Shown here piece after piece: positions 41,728 through 51,502 of a stretch of DNA of 64,000 bases. The position numbers and the translations under genes are program-made. Numbering within the stretch: the first letter of the stretch is position 1; each line of letters begins with the position of its first letter. The notes beneath the pieces were generated by a model, which was given only the letters and a program-made list of their open reading frames with translations, did not search any database and was not told the DNA's origin. The DNA comes from a virus: the IMG/VR virus record IMGVR_UViG_3300010371_000036, positions 8,289 to 72,288 of that record; one strand, 5' to 3'.

Positions 41728-43628
41728 CTAGAAGCTGAGGGGGAGATCGGGAACGACTCCTCGGCGACGCCGTTCTGGGTCGGCGACGGGCCCGACGCGA
41801 CGACCCGGATGACGCCCGTCGTCCCCGGCATGGGGGAGGGGACGACGACGTCGGCGTGGTAGGCCCCGGTCCCGTCGCGGGAGACTACGGGGACGGTCGT
41901 CGTGCCGTTCGGCCAGTGCGCGAGCGCGGTGACGCTCGGCGGGTCGGCGGCGACCCCGAGCTGGAGGATCGTCACCGAGAAGCGGATCGACTGCCCGGGC
42001 TTGTACATGGTCGGGTCTCGCGTGAGGGTGATGACGAGCGCCGGCGCGTCGGTGACGGCGAGGGCGAGCGCGGCGACGGCGGCGACCGCGATCGCTAGGG
42101 CGGCGGCGTCGGCGACGGAGACGGCGAGCGCCGGCGCGTCGGTGACGGAGAGGCTGTAGGGGGAGTCGACGCCCCCGGAGATCGCGCTCACCCCGACCCG
42201 GGCGACGGCCCGCGCCCCCGCCGCGCCGATCGTCGTCGAGACGTCCGGGTCGACGTTCCCGACCCGGGCGACGGCGCGGGCCCCGGCGACCTGGGGATAG
42301 ACTCCGGGCGCCACGGCGCCTGGGCGGGCCGCGGCGCGGCGCCCGGTCACCAGGGCGGTAACGGAGCCCTGGACCTGGGCGGACGCCGTCCCGGGGCGCG
42401 CAGAGGCCGCGGCGCCGGTCGGGGACGGCCTCGCCCCGGCGGTCGCCGCGGGGGAGCCCGGGCGGGTCGCGGAGATCGCCCCGGAGGGCGTCGCTCGCGC
42501 CGTCGCGGTGACGGCCGCGGCGCCGGGGCGGGCGGACCTCTGGGCGCCCGCGACGTTCGCCGTCGTCGAGCCGCTGGCGGAGACCGCGGGGGAACCGACG
42601 CGGGCGGTCGCCGTCGCGCCCGCGACCGAGCGCGTGACGCCGGCGAGGACGGTCGCCGACCCGGGGCGCGCCGCGGCGGTCGCGCCGGAGGGCGTCGCCC
42701 GGGCGGTCGCCGTCGCTGAGGGGGAGCCGGGTCGGGAGGAGGCGACGGCGCCGGCCGTCGCGGTCGCGACCTTAGCGAGCACCGCTCCGGGGCGGGAGGA
42801 GGCGGTGGCGCCGGCGACGGAGACCGACGCGTCGACGCGGACCGCGGGCGTCCCCGGCCGGGAGGACTTCTGAGCGCCCGCGACCGAGGCGAGCGACGTC
42901 CCGGTCTGGCTCGAGGCGCCCGGCCGGGAGGACTTCTGAGCGCCGGCGATCTGCGGCGCGACGCCGGCGACGGCCGTCCCGGGGCGGGCGGAGACCTGGG
43001 CGCCCGTCGCGTTCGCCGTCGCGTTCGCCGAGCTCGAGATCGCGAGCGTGACGAGGACGATCTGCCAGAAGCCCGAGGTACACGTCGCCGTCGCGTTGTA
43101 GGTACCCGTCGAGGTGACGTTCTGGTCCTCGAGCTCCGTCCCGAACCCGTAGCTCGCGCCGTTCAGCGTGTAGCCCGTCCCGGCGGCGACGCCACTCGCG
43201 AACGCGATGTGAGCGAAGAGGAGCTCGTTCGCGCTCGTCGTGACGACGTTGCCCGAGTTGATCGACGCGGAGTTCCCGTTCGCGCTCGCCGTCTTGTCGA
43301 AAGCGACGGTCCCGGTGAAGCTGTACTCCGCGACGGAGATGTCCATCCCCGTCGAGCTCGTCGACGTCGCCGTGATGGTCGTCGACCCACCGACGGCGAG
43401 GACGCAGAGGAAGATCGCCTGGTAGACGTTCCCGAAGAGGACGTTCGTCCCGCCGATCCGCGTATACGTGTTGCTCGCGCCGTGATTGTCCGTCGGCGTG
43501 TTGATCGCGTGGTCGGAGCGGACCGAGACGAGGACGAAGTTCCCGGCCGTCAGCGTCCCGGTCGCCGAGATGGTCGGCGTCCCGACCTGCGCCGGCGCGA
43601 TGCGCTGGACGCGCGTGGCCCCGGGCAC
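41728..43628 (-). CDS. Ala/Thr/Gly-rich repetitive virion/tail protein (3' end uncertain)
   Basis: Beta-rich N-domain, ~12 repeats of GA.xxxR(P/V)G, Ig-like C-domain from MYKPG. The track ORF reads on to 41385 across the lysin; a TAG in the adjacent frame at 41728-41730 is the more natural end. Confidence 0.6.
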
Positions 43629-43631
43629 GCG

Positions 43632-43868
43632 CTAGGTCCCGTCGTCCGGGGACCAGGGCGCGCCGTCGAGCGTCCAGGAGAGCTCGAGGCCGAGCTCCGC
43701 GGCGATCGCGCGCTGCCCGGCGACCCAGGCGTCGGCGCGCTCGTCGTGCCCGTCCCCGTACGAGGTGAGCGTCGAGCGCCAGAGGGCGGGCGGGCCCCAC
43801 GGGCTCTTCACCGCGTAGGGCTCGCCGTCCTTCGTCGCCGTCACGGCGTAGTGGCGCTCGTCGGGCAC
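43632..43868 (-). CDS. hypothetical protein
   Basis: Clean small ORF. Confidence 0.5.
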   Translation of the reverse strand: MPDERHYAVTATKDGEPYAVKSPWGPPALWRSTLTSYGDGHDERADAWVAGQRAIAAELGLELSWTLDGAPWSPDDGT

Positions 43869-43893
43869 GCTCAGCCTCGTTTCTTTCTACGGA

Positions 43894-44451
43894 TTATCCG
43901 GAGGCGCGGCTCTTCCCCGAGAGGATGCGGGAGATCGCGCTCTGCGTGACGCCGAACTCGGAGGCGAGTTCGCTCTGGAGTACGCCGCCGGAGGCGTACC
44001 GCGTTCTCACGTCGAGGACCTGCGCCGTCGTGAGCTTCGAGGCGGCGCAGCGCTCGCCGCGCGGGCGGCTCTCCGGGTGCGTGTGTGCACCGTTCCGATC
44101 GCCGCGGGCGACACGCTCCGGGTGTCGCCGGCTCCAGTGGTCGTCGCCTCTCGGGCTACGGCCCTTCGACGCCATGTCCGCGTTATTATCCGCCCTCGTC
44201 CCGAGGAAGAGGTGGGCCGGGTTCACGCACGGCGGGTTATCACACCGGTGGAGGACGCAGCGCCCTCCCGTCGAACCGTGGGTGAGCGTCCACGCACCGA
44301 CGTGGGCCAGGACGACGCGACCTTCGAGCGTCGCGCGTCCGTAGCCCTTCTTCATCGGTGGCCCGGTCCAGAGCCAGCACTCGTCAGGGCCGCGTCGGTC
44401 TACGCGTTCCCAGAAATCAGCAACCGTCGTTCGCCGTCCTCGCATGCGCAA
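43894..44451 (-). CDS. HNH homing endonuclease with C-terminal HTH
   Basis: [16 protein letters not shown]...GYG...AH...[25 protein letters not shown]; [15 protein letters not shown]. Confidence 0.9.
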   Translation of the reverse strand: MRMRGRRTTVADFWERVDRRGPDECWLWTGPPMKKGYGRATLEGRVVLAHVGAWTLTHGSTGGRCVLHRCDNPPCVNPAHLFLGTRADNNADMASKGRSPRGDDHWSRRHPERVARGDRNGAHTHPESRPRGERCAASKLTTAQVLDVRTRYASGGVLQSELASEFGVTQSAISRILSGKSRASG

Positions 44452-44487
44452 ACAATATGCGCACTTGAATAGGGCGACTAGGTTTCA

Positions 44488-44910
44488 TTAATTCTGGAGC
44501 CCAAATTGGGTCGCCATGTGGACGGTGAACGTCCCGGCGGTCGACGTGAAGGAGCCGCCGAAGTCGTTCAGCCAGTAGAGGTTGTCCGCCGACGCCGCGC
44601 CGCCGCGGTGCTTGTAGACGACCCCGTACGCCGCGGTGATGGTCGCCGTCGTCCAGACGGCGTCCGCGGTGTTGTAGAGCTCGAGGTCGGAGTTCCCGCT
44701 CGCCGCCGTCAGCGTGATCGTCACGGCCTGGCCGCCCGCGGTGTACCCCGTGCCCGTGATCTCGTTGGTGATGTCGCTCCGCTTCGCGTGCGCGCTCTTG
44801 CTCGGCGTGTACGAGGAGGTCGTGAGCATCTCGTAGACCGTGTCCGACGACGGCGTGACGAGCCCCTGCGCCATGTCGTGCCAGAAGGAGTCGAAGAAGA
44901 TGGTGGCCAT
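44488..44910 (-). CDS. virion structural (minor tail-like) protein
   Basis: SDT...LTTSSYTP...DITNEITGTGYTAGG...DFGG..TST.GTFTV, a pattern common in phage tail regions. Confidence 0.65.
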   Translation of the reverse strand: MATIFFDSFWHDMAQGLVTPSSDTVYEMLTTSSYTPSKSAHAKRSDITNEITGTGYTAGGQAVTITLTAASGNSDLELYNTADAVWTTATITAAYGVVYKHRGGAASADNLYWLNDFGGSFTSTAGTFTVHMATQFGLQN

Positions 44911-45311
44911 TAGCTACCGCCCCCGCTCGCCGCGGCGATCGCGTCCTTCGCCGAGACCTGGGCACCCTCGACCTCGACGGTGATGTGCTGCTGCCGCGCC
45001 TCGCCCGAGCCGAGCGCGGAGGCGAGCGAGCGGGCCGCCTCGATGAAGAGCGTCGTCTTCCGCTGGACCGCCTGGGGCGACTTGTGGAGGTGAACGGCGC
45101 CGGGTACGCCGATGTGCCTCTCTGCGTGGATGCTCGACGCCGTGTAGCCCTCGAGAGCCTTCCGCGCGTCGTCCTCCCAGCCGGCGCGCTCGGCGTCCGA
45201 GAGGTCGTCGTACGCGGGGACCGGGTCCTCGCCGCTCCCGTCGGCGAACGCGGCGATCGCCCCGTAGGCGAACCGGGCGCAGAGGGGGATCCGCTTGTCG
45301 TTACTGGCCAT
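44910..45311 (-). CDS. hypothetical protein (degenerate RyR-domain-like?)
   Basis: PAYDDLSDAER...H...QRKTTLF is only weakly reminiscent. Confidence 0.5.
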   Translation of the reverse strand: MASNDKRIPLCARFAYGAIAAFADGSGEDPVPAYDDLSDAERAGWEDDARKALEGYTASSIHAERHIGVPGAVHLHKSPQAVQRKTTLFIEAARSLASALGSGEARQQHITVEVEGAQVSAKDAIAAASGGGS

Positions 45312-45314
45312 GGA

Positions 45315-45602
45315 CTAACCCTGCTTTCTGAACGTGGAGACGAGGAGTTCGGGAGGGATCGAAGCGGCGAACGCGAAGCGCTGACTCGGGTCCTCGAAGC
45401 GCATCCCGAGGTGGTCGGCGACGGCGTCGATCATCGCGGCGGGGAGCGTCCAGACCATGCCGGGGCCGATCGTGCGGAGGGCGCCGCCGGCGTCGCGCTC
45501 GACGGCCTCGTAGGTAACGGTGACGCCGCCCCCCGGCTCGGGGACGGCGCCGACGCGCTGCCACCCGACCTGGGCGACGGGGGGCGGGTTCTCGGTCGGC
45601 AT
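45315..45602 (-). CDS. hypothetical protein
   Basis: AGGAGAG RBS. Confidence 0.55.
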   Translation of the reverse strand: MPTENPPPVAQVGWQRVGAVPEPGGGVTVTYEAVERDAGGALRTIGPGMVWTLPAAMIDAVADHLGMRFEDPSQRFAFAASIPPELLVSTFRKQG

Positions 45603-45676
45603 CGGTCAGGCTCTCCTCTTCGCGTCGGGGGTCTCGTCGCCCGTGACTTCGTCGTCTCCCGGCCAGTCCGGGACGC

Positions 45677-45871
45677 TCAGCCTTTTGGGAGACGGGCGTC
45701 CTCGTAGGCGTCGATCGCCTTCTTCGCGGCGGCGCGGGCCGCCTCGATCGCCTGCTCGCGCGTGAGCCCCGCGTGGTGCGCGTCGTAGAACGCGCGGGCC
45801 ATGTCCATGACGGCGGGGAGCTCCTCGACGGCGAGCTCCTCGAGGTCACGGAGAACGGATTCGAGACTCAT
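45677..45871 (-). CDS. hypothetical protein (MSLESVL...)
   Basis: ATGA-coupled to the lipoprotein. Confidence 0.55.
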   Translation of the reverse strand: MSLESVLRDLEELAVEELPAVMDMARAFYDAHHAGLTREQAIEAARAAAKKAIDAYEDARLPKG

Positions 45872-46164
45872 CGCGTACCTCCGGCGTCGGCGACCGTGAC
45901 GGGACCCGCGTCCGTGAAGACGACGCCCCAATACCCGTTCCACGCCGCGGAGACCTTCGCGCGGCACTCGTCGACCTTCGCGCGCCCGGCGTCGGCGTAC
46001 ATGTCGACGCAGTGGGCCTCGTCGAGCGTCTCCTCGCCGATCTGGAGGTGGTCGAGGGGCGTCATCGGGTCCTGCTGCGGGCAGCCGGTGAGGAGCGCGC
46101 AGGCCGCGGCGCCCGCGCCGTTGACGAGGAGGATGAGTCCGAGCTCATATGCCCAGCGCCTCAC
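45868..46164 (-). CDS. putative lipoprotein (spanin candidate)
   Basis: Hydrophobic stretch ending LLTGC; next to the holin-like gene. Confidence 0.5.
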   Translation of the reverse strand: MRRWAYELGLILLVNGAGAAACALLTGCPQQDPMTPLDHLQIGEETLDEAHCVDMYADAGRAKVDECRAKVSAAWNGYWGVVFTDAGPVTVADAGGTR

Positions 46165-46772
46165 GACTTCTCCTCGGTCTTCTCCTCCGCCTGCCGGATC
46201 GCGGGCTGGAGCTGCGTCATCGCGGCGCCGCCGATCGCGATCTCGAGGCCGACGAGCCACCCGGGCTGGTCGATGTGCAAGTACGCCGCGACGAGGGCGA
46301 GGGCGCCCGCGCCGAGCGCGAAGAGCATGGTCTGAACGTTGGGCTTCATCTTCCGTACCTCCACTTTGAATCGGTCGAGTTCGTGGCTCGAGTCGCGCGC
46401 CGTCCGGAACGCCGAGTCGGCGAGCTCCCCGAACCGCTCGAGCGCGTCGTTGGTCTGTCGGGTCCGGAGCTCGACGAGGTCGTGGAGCTCCCGGATGCTC
46501 TTGGCCTGCGCCTGCGCCGCCTTCGTGAGCTCCGCGACCGAGGAGGCGACGCTCCGGATCAGGGCGGCATGCTCCTTGTGCGCCCTCTCCGCGTCCTGCC
46601 GGTACCGGCCGACCTCCCCCATCATCTCGCCGAGGGTCCCGTCGACCTCCTCGAAGCGCTTGCGGAAGTGCCGGCAGTCGTTGTGGACCTCCTCGAGCAG
46701 GACCCGAGAGGCGGGGAGTTCAACGGGCGTGATCCGGTCCCCGTCGCCGTTGCGGTACGATCCTTCGCTCAT
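46161..46772 (-). CDS. coiled-coil protein with two C-terminal TM helices (holin-like)
   Basis: Long heptad region then MLFALGAGALALVAAYL and WLVGLEIAIGGAAM. Confidence 0.5.
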   Translation of the reverse strand: MSEGSYRNGDGDRITPVELPASRVLLEEVHNDCRHFRKRFEEVDGTLGEMMGEVGRYRQDAERAHKEHAALIRSVASSVAELTKAAQAQAKSIRELHDLVELRTRQTNDALERFGELADSAFRTARDSSHELDRFKVEVRKMKPNVQTMLFALGAGALALVAAYLHIDQPGWLVGLEIAIGGAAMTQLQPAIRQAEEKTEEKS

Positions 46773-47492
46773 TCAGGCCACCGTGATCCCGAAGGTGCTT
46801 CCCGCGCCACGAGCGGCGAGGGAGATCTCCGCGCCAGAGAGGACGCGGTTCCAGACGAGGACCCAGTAGAAGTCCCCCTGCCAGTTCCCGCCGATCCCCT
46901 GCCCGATCTGGAAACCGGCCGTCCCGTCGTCGTTCGTCGCCGCCGTCCCCGACGTGAGGGTCTTCGAGACGTTGTCGATGTAGTACGGCGAGACCGACCC
47001 GGAGTGGTACGTCGCGAGGAGGACGTGGGGCGCCGTATCCCCGACGTACGACGCCGCGTTGTTGTAGCTCGCCTCGTCCGAGTCCGTGTGCCCGGCGTTG
47101 TCGTACCGGAGCGCCCACGACGGAGCGACCGATCGGAACCGGACGATGTCGCCGGTCGTCACGCTCGCGATGTTCGACGTCTGCATGACGACGAGCACCG
47201 TCCGGTCGCCGGCGACGGCGACGGGCGACGTTGAAGCGATGAGCCCCTTACCGGCCGCGATGGTGATCTTCGGCCGGCCCCCGAGCCCGCCGTTCGCCGA
47301 GTAGACCGGCGAGACGCTCGAGGGCGTGAGGACCCGCCCCCCGACGCGGTCGACGAGCTGCGTGACCGCGTTCCCGGGCGCCGTCACCCCCGAGGCGCTG
47401 TCGGCCCAGAGGGCGAGACCGGAGATCGAGCTCGGGTCGAAGTCCGACGAGGATGCGCTCCCGAGCGAGAGGTCGAGATTCGTCTCTGACAT
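46773..47492 (-). CDS. LamG/concanavalin-like tail protein
   Basis: FDPSSISGLALWADS...QIG...WQGD..WVLVWNRVLSGAEI. Confidence 0.65.
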   Translation of the reverse strand: MSETNLDLSLGSASSSDFDPSSISGLALWADSASGVTAPGNAVTQLVDRVGGRVLTPSSVSPVYSANGGLGGRPKITIAAGKGLIASTSPVAVAGDRTVLVVMQTSNIASVTTGDIVRFRSVAPSWALRYDNAGHTDSDEASYNNAASYVGDTAPHVLLATYHSGSVSPYYIDNVSKTLTSGTAATNDDGTAGFQIGQGIGGNWQGDFYWVLVWNRVLSGAEISLAARGAGSTFGITVA

Positions 47493-47514
47493 CGATTCGT
47501 CTCCCGGGCGGGGA

Positions 47515-50500
47515 TCAGAAGTTCGCGGTGAGGTACGCCATCATCTGCGTATCCTCCGTTCCGGAGACGGGCGTCGTCGACTCGTCGACGACGCACATGA
47601 AGTACAGCTTCCCCTCGAAGACCGCGCCGCCGACGTTCGTGAAGATCCGGTAGCCGGTCCCGCCACTGTCGGTCGAGAGCGCGCTCGGCGTCGGCCCGGT
47701 GACCGTCTGCGCGACGCCGTCGACCGAGACGGTGCACGCGGCGAGCCCCGTCGTGAAGCTGAACTTGTAGATGTGTTTGCCCGAGGTGGGCATCGTCGTC
47801 GACTGGAACGAGTGCCCGCCGCCGTCGCCCGCGACGACGTTGCCCGCCGCGTGCGCGTAGAGCGAGAGCTCCGGGTTCGAGGTCCGGAAGTCGAGGAGGA
47901 CCGCGTTGGTACCGCCGGTGAGCTCCGCGACGATGTACACAGTCCGCGCGGCCCCGGCGGCGACGAGGTTCGCCGCGACGTTCGCGAGGAACTTCCCCTG
48001 GCCCGTCGGGTTCTGGATGTAGGGGCGGTTCTTGACGCCGCCGTTCGCGAAGTAGAGCGGCGCCGAGCCGAGCCCCTGCGTCGCGTCGTGGCCGTTCCCG
48101 GACTGGTCCGCGAGGGTCGCGATCTTCGTCGAGTCGGTCGGCTGGAGCGTCACGCCGAAGCGCGTGTCGAGGAGCAGAGGCATCCTCGTCTTCTTGAAGA
48201 TCGACTTCGGGTCGGCGAGGACCGTCGTCGCCGAGGTCGAGATCTCGTACCAGCCGACGCCGTCCGACTCGATGACGCAGGTCTTCCCCGCCGGGACGGT
48301 GACGCCGTACCCGTTGGTGTTGAGCCACGTCGAGGCCCAGATCGCGGGGCTCGTCACGGTCAGCTGAATCCCGGCGACCGCGTACGGGAGAATGAAGTTA
48401 TGCGGTCCGGTCCAATTGCCCGGGTCGTAGCCGATGAGGTGCCCGTAGAAGGAGTCGTTCGGCGCGATCGTGACGTCGGCGTCGGCCGTCGTCGTGATGA
48501 TCTGGCGCGTGAGCATGTGCGACTCGTGGACGAGCGGCCCCGCGTTCGCCGGGTCGAGCCACGGGACCTCGGGCGAGAGGTCGAACTGCCAGCCATCGAA
48601 CCGGATCGGCGCCGTCTGATTCGTGATCGCGAAGATGCCGGGCGAGGAGGGCGAGCCCCCGAAGTTGTTCGGCGCGAAGCGCCCGGAGACGATGTTGTTG
48701 ATCTTTACCGCCGGCGCCGTGAGGAGGTTCACCGCCATGTCGCAGTCGCGCATGTCGACGTTGCCGACGGTATCGAACTCGAAGATGGCGCTCGCGATCG
48801 ACGGGTTGAAGGAGCCCTCGTCCGAGGGGCTCCAGCTCCGGATCCGGAGATCGTTGGTGCGCCCATCGGCGCCGAGGATCGCGAGGAAGACGTTCTGGAC
48901 GCTCCGGTTCCCGTCCATCCCGCCGCAGAACGCGCCCTCGAAGACGCCGCCGGCGCACGTCGCGACCTGGTAGAGCGGCGAGTTGAGGAAGTTGAACTTC
49001 TCGAAGTAGGAGCGGCCACCGTTGGCCATGACGCCGATGCTCCACGAGTTGCCGGAGAGCCCGGAGCCCGTCGAGACGGTGATCGCGTTGAACCGGTTCT
49101 CGTACGAGAACTCCGAGAGCGTGACCCCGCGCTGCCCGCCGTTGAAGTACAAGTCGTGGAAGCTGCTGTCGACCGTCTGGTCGACCTCGAGCGCGGTGTC
49201 CTGGCAGAAGAGGGTCAGGTGCCCGATCTCGACGTTCGCGAGGTTCCCGAGCGAGACGTTGAGGATCTTGATCCAGACGGGCGACCCGGTCGTGAAGCGA
49301 CCGAACCCGGGGATCGCGCACCACCCGGCCATCCCCACGAGGAACCGGTTATGGAAGTCCGACCGGTACGCGCCCGACGGCGCGGGCGAGGACTTCGGCG
49401 CGTACGACCAGACGCCCGAGGAGTTCCCGTCGCAGCTCGGCTCGACGGTCGGCGGCGTGAACGACGCGGTGTAGACGGCCGCCTTCCCGACCTTGAAGCC
49501 CCCCGCGTAGTAGATGCCCGGCGACGCGGTGCAGGGCCGGAGAATAAAGGCGCGGAGGAACCGCCCGTAGAGCGCGCCGATCGTCGTGTGCTCGTAGGTC
49601 CGCTGGCGGATGACGCCCGCGCCGATGGCGCTCGACGCCGTCGTCGTCCCGGCGACCGAGACGTAGAGCGTCCCGGTCGTCCCGTCGAAGTCGACCGAGA
49701 CGTGCGTCCCGAGAGCGCTCGGCGACGCGCTGTTCGGGACCGTATTGCTCGAGGTGACCGAGACGGTCCCGGCGCTCGTCGCGATCGAGGCGGTGATCTT
49801 CTGGCTCGAGTCGATGGAGACCCAGACCGTCTGCGTCGACCCGGTCCGCGGGAGCCCGCCGCCGACGCCGAAGAGCGTCCAGATCTGCCCCCCGGGGACG
49901 GCCGCCGGGAGCTGGAAGAACTGCTCGTAGTGAAACTGTAGGAGCCCGAACGCCGTGACGCTGATGCTCGGCGACGGCCCCTCGTTGACGATCCCCGACG
50001 CGAACGTGAGGACCAGCGCCGAGACCGCGGTGAGGCGCCCGACGACGCCGTCGTTCGACGCGCTCCCGTGAACGAACACCGTCTGCCCGACGACGAACCC
50101 GTCGGAGACGAAGGACCCGACGTTCCGGGTGATCGTGTGACCCGCCGCCGCGAACGTGAGGTTCGGCGTCCCCGACATCGCGAACGTGCGGTCGAGGAAG
50201 CACGTGTCGACCCCGGTGATGTCGTAGTTCGTCCCGCCCTGGACCGCGTCGAATTGGCCGTACCAGACGGAGCCGCGCTGCGCGTACGTCCGGTCGGGCG
50301 AGAGCTGGGGGGCCGTCGTGACGACCGGGAAGAGGCCGTCGGCCGAGAGGTTCGCCGGCCCGATAGTACACGCGTTGCCGCCCGTCCCGGGCGTCCCGGC
50401 GCCGTAGGGCCCGAGGAGCTTGGTCCCCGGGTTCCGGATACAGAGCGGGCCGTCGGTCCGGTACCAGGTGTTGTTCCGGTCGAACTTCGGGCGCACCTCC

Positions 50501-51441
50501 GGCGGCTGCCCGCCGATCCCCGCGATCTCGAGCATCGCCTGGATCGCGGCGCGCGAGAGCGTCGTCCCGTTCCCGACGGCGCCGGTCTCCCACGGGTCGA
50601 GGTGCGTCGGCGACTGGGTCTCCCAGCCCCGGGAGATCACCTGCCAGCGGCTGTTCACCGTGTCGTAGCGGAGGACGCAGCGCCCGGTCGTCGGCTTGAG
50701 GACGACGTTCCCGCCGTTCCCGCTCCCGGTCGCGATCTGGTTCGCCGCCGTCGAGACCGACGTCGACTGGTCGACGAGCGTCATCTGGAACGCCGTCGTG
50801 TTGATGATGACGAGGTCGAGCCCAGCCTTCGCGCTCGCCGTCGTCGCGATCCCGTCGATCGAGAACGCCGCCGTCGGGCCGCCGACGAGGAGCGTCGAGA
50901 GCCCCGTCGTCGAGACGTTGGAGTTCAGGCCGTTCGAGAGGCTGATGTTCGAGAGCCCCTGATTCCCGCCCCCTCCCCCGCCGGTCCCGATGGCGCGGGT
51001 CGTCGCGTTCGCCTGAACCGTCCAGCCGGCGACCGGGTCCTGCTCGGTGACCTCGTTCGCGGCGATCACCGCCAGGCCCTGCGCCGTGAGGACGTTGACC
51101 TTGAAGGTCTCGGTCCACTCCGGGACGACGACGCCGTTCGCGTCCCGGCCGGAGCCGAGGACGCTCTGGTCGGAGACCCCGACGGTCACCATGAAGATGA
51201 TGCACTTGCCGAGCCCCGCGAGCGTCGCGAAGGAGAAGGTCTTGTTCGTCTGATTCACCGAGAGCGACGCGTTGATCGTCGCCAGGTCGGCGACGCTCGT
51301 CGAGTCGTCGGCGGAGACGGCGCGGATCGCGAAGAACGCGGCCCCGGCCGGGTTCGCGAGGGCGCCGTTCACCGTCGCGCTCTGGGTGACGACCGCCGGC
51401 GTCGGGCCGCCGTTGATGGTGCAGGTGGGGGAGAGGCTCAT
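47515..51441 (-). CDS. large tail fibre/tailspike (beta-helix and LamG-like domains)
   Basis: GAVGNGTT..RAAIQAM (beta-helix cap), G/T/S-rich, C-terminal LamG-like domain. ATG 51441. Confidence 0.75.
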   Translation of the reverse strand: MSLSPTCTINGGPTPAVVTQSATVNGALANPAGAAFFAIRAVSADDSTSVADLATINASLSVNQTNKTFSFATLAGLGKCIIFMVTVGVSDQSVLGSGRDANGVVVPEWTETFKVNVLTAQGLAVIAANEVTEQDPVAGWTVQANATTRAIGTGGGGGGNQGLSNISLSNGLNSNVSTTGLSTLLVGGPTAAFSIDGIATTASAKAGLDLVIINTTAFQMTLVDQSTSVSTAANQIATGSGNGGNVVLKPTTGRCVLRYDTVNSRWQVISRGWETQSPTHLDPWETGAVGNGTTLSRAAIQAMLEIAGIGGQPPEVRPKFDRNNTWYRTDGPLCIRNPGTKLLGPYGAGTPGTGGNACTIGPANLSADGLFPVVTTAPQLSPDRTYAQRGSVWYGQFDAVQGGTNYDITGVDTCFLDRTFAMSGTPNLTFAAAGHTITRNVGSFVSDGFVVGQTVFVHGSASNDGVVGRLTAVSALVLTFASGIVNEGPSPSISVTAFGLLQFHYEQFFQLPAAVPGGQIWTLFGVGGGLPRTGSTQTVWVSIDSSQKITASIATSAGTVSVTSSNTVPNSASPSALGTHVSVDFDGTTGTLYVSVAGTTTASSAIGAGVIRQRTYEHTTIGALYGRFLRAFILRPCTASPGIYYAGGFKVGKAAVYTASFTPPTVEPSCDGNSSGVWSYAPKSSPAPSGAYRSDFHNRFLVGMAGWCAIPGFGRFTTGSPVWIKILNVSLGNLANVEIGHLTLFCQDTALEVDQTVDSSFHDLYFNGGQRGVTLSEFSYENRFNAITVSTGSGLSGNSWSIGVMANGGRSYFEKFNFLNSPLYQVATCAGGVFEGAFCGGMDGNRSVQNVFLAILGADGRTNDLRIRSWSPSDEGSFNPSIASAIFEFDTVGNVDMRDCDMAVNLLTAPAVKINNIVSGRFAPNNFGGSPSSPGIFAITNQTAPIRFDGWQFDLSPEVPWLDPANAGPLVHESHMLTRQIITTTADADVTIAPNDSFYGHLIGYDPGNWTGPHNFILPYAVAGIQLTVTSPAIWASTWLNTNGYGVTVPAGKTCVIESDGVGWYEISTSATTVLADPKSIFKKTRMPLLLDTRFGVTLQPTDSTKIATLADQSGNGHDATQGLGSAPLYFANGGVKNRPYIQNPTGQGKFLANVAANLVAAGAARTVYIVAELTGGTNAVLLDFRTSNPELSLYAHAAGNVVAGDGGGHSFQSTTMPTSGKHIYKFSFTTGLAACTVSVDGVAQTVTGPTPSALSTDSGGTGYRIFTNVGGAVFEGKLYFMCVVDESTTPVSGTEDTQMMAYLTANF

Positions 51442-51470
51442 GGGCTCCGCGTCTTCGAGGGGGAGGGCGC

Positions 51471-51492
51471 GGACGGAACCCGGGTTCCGTCC
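51471..51492. repeat. 22-bp palindrome copy 12 (intergenic)
   Basis: Perfect copy. Confidence 0.95.
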
Positions 51493-51502
51493 GGCGGGGA
51501 CG

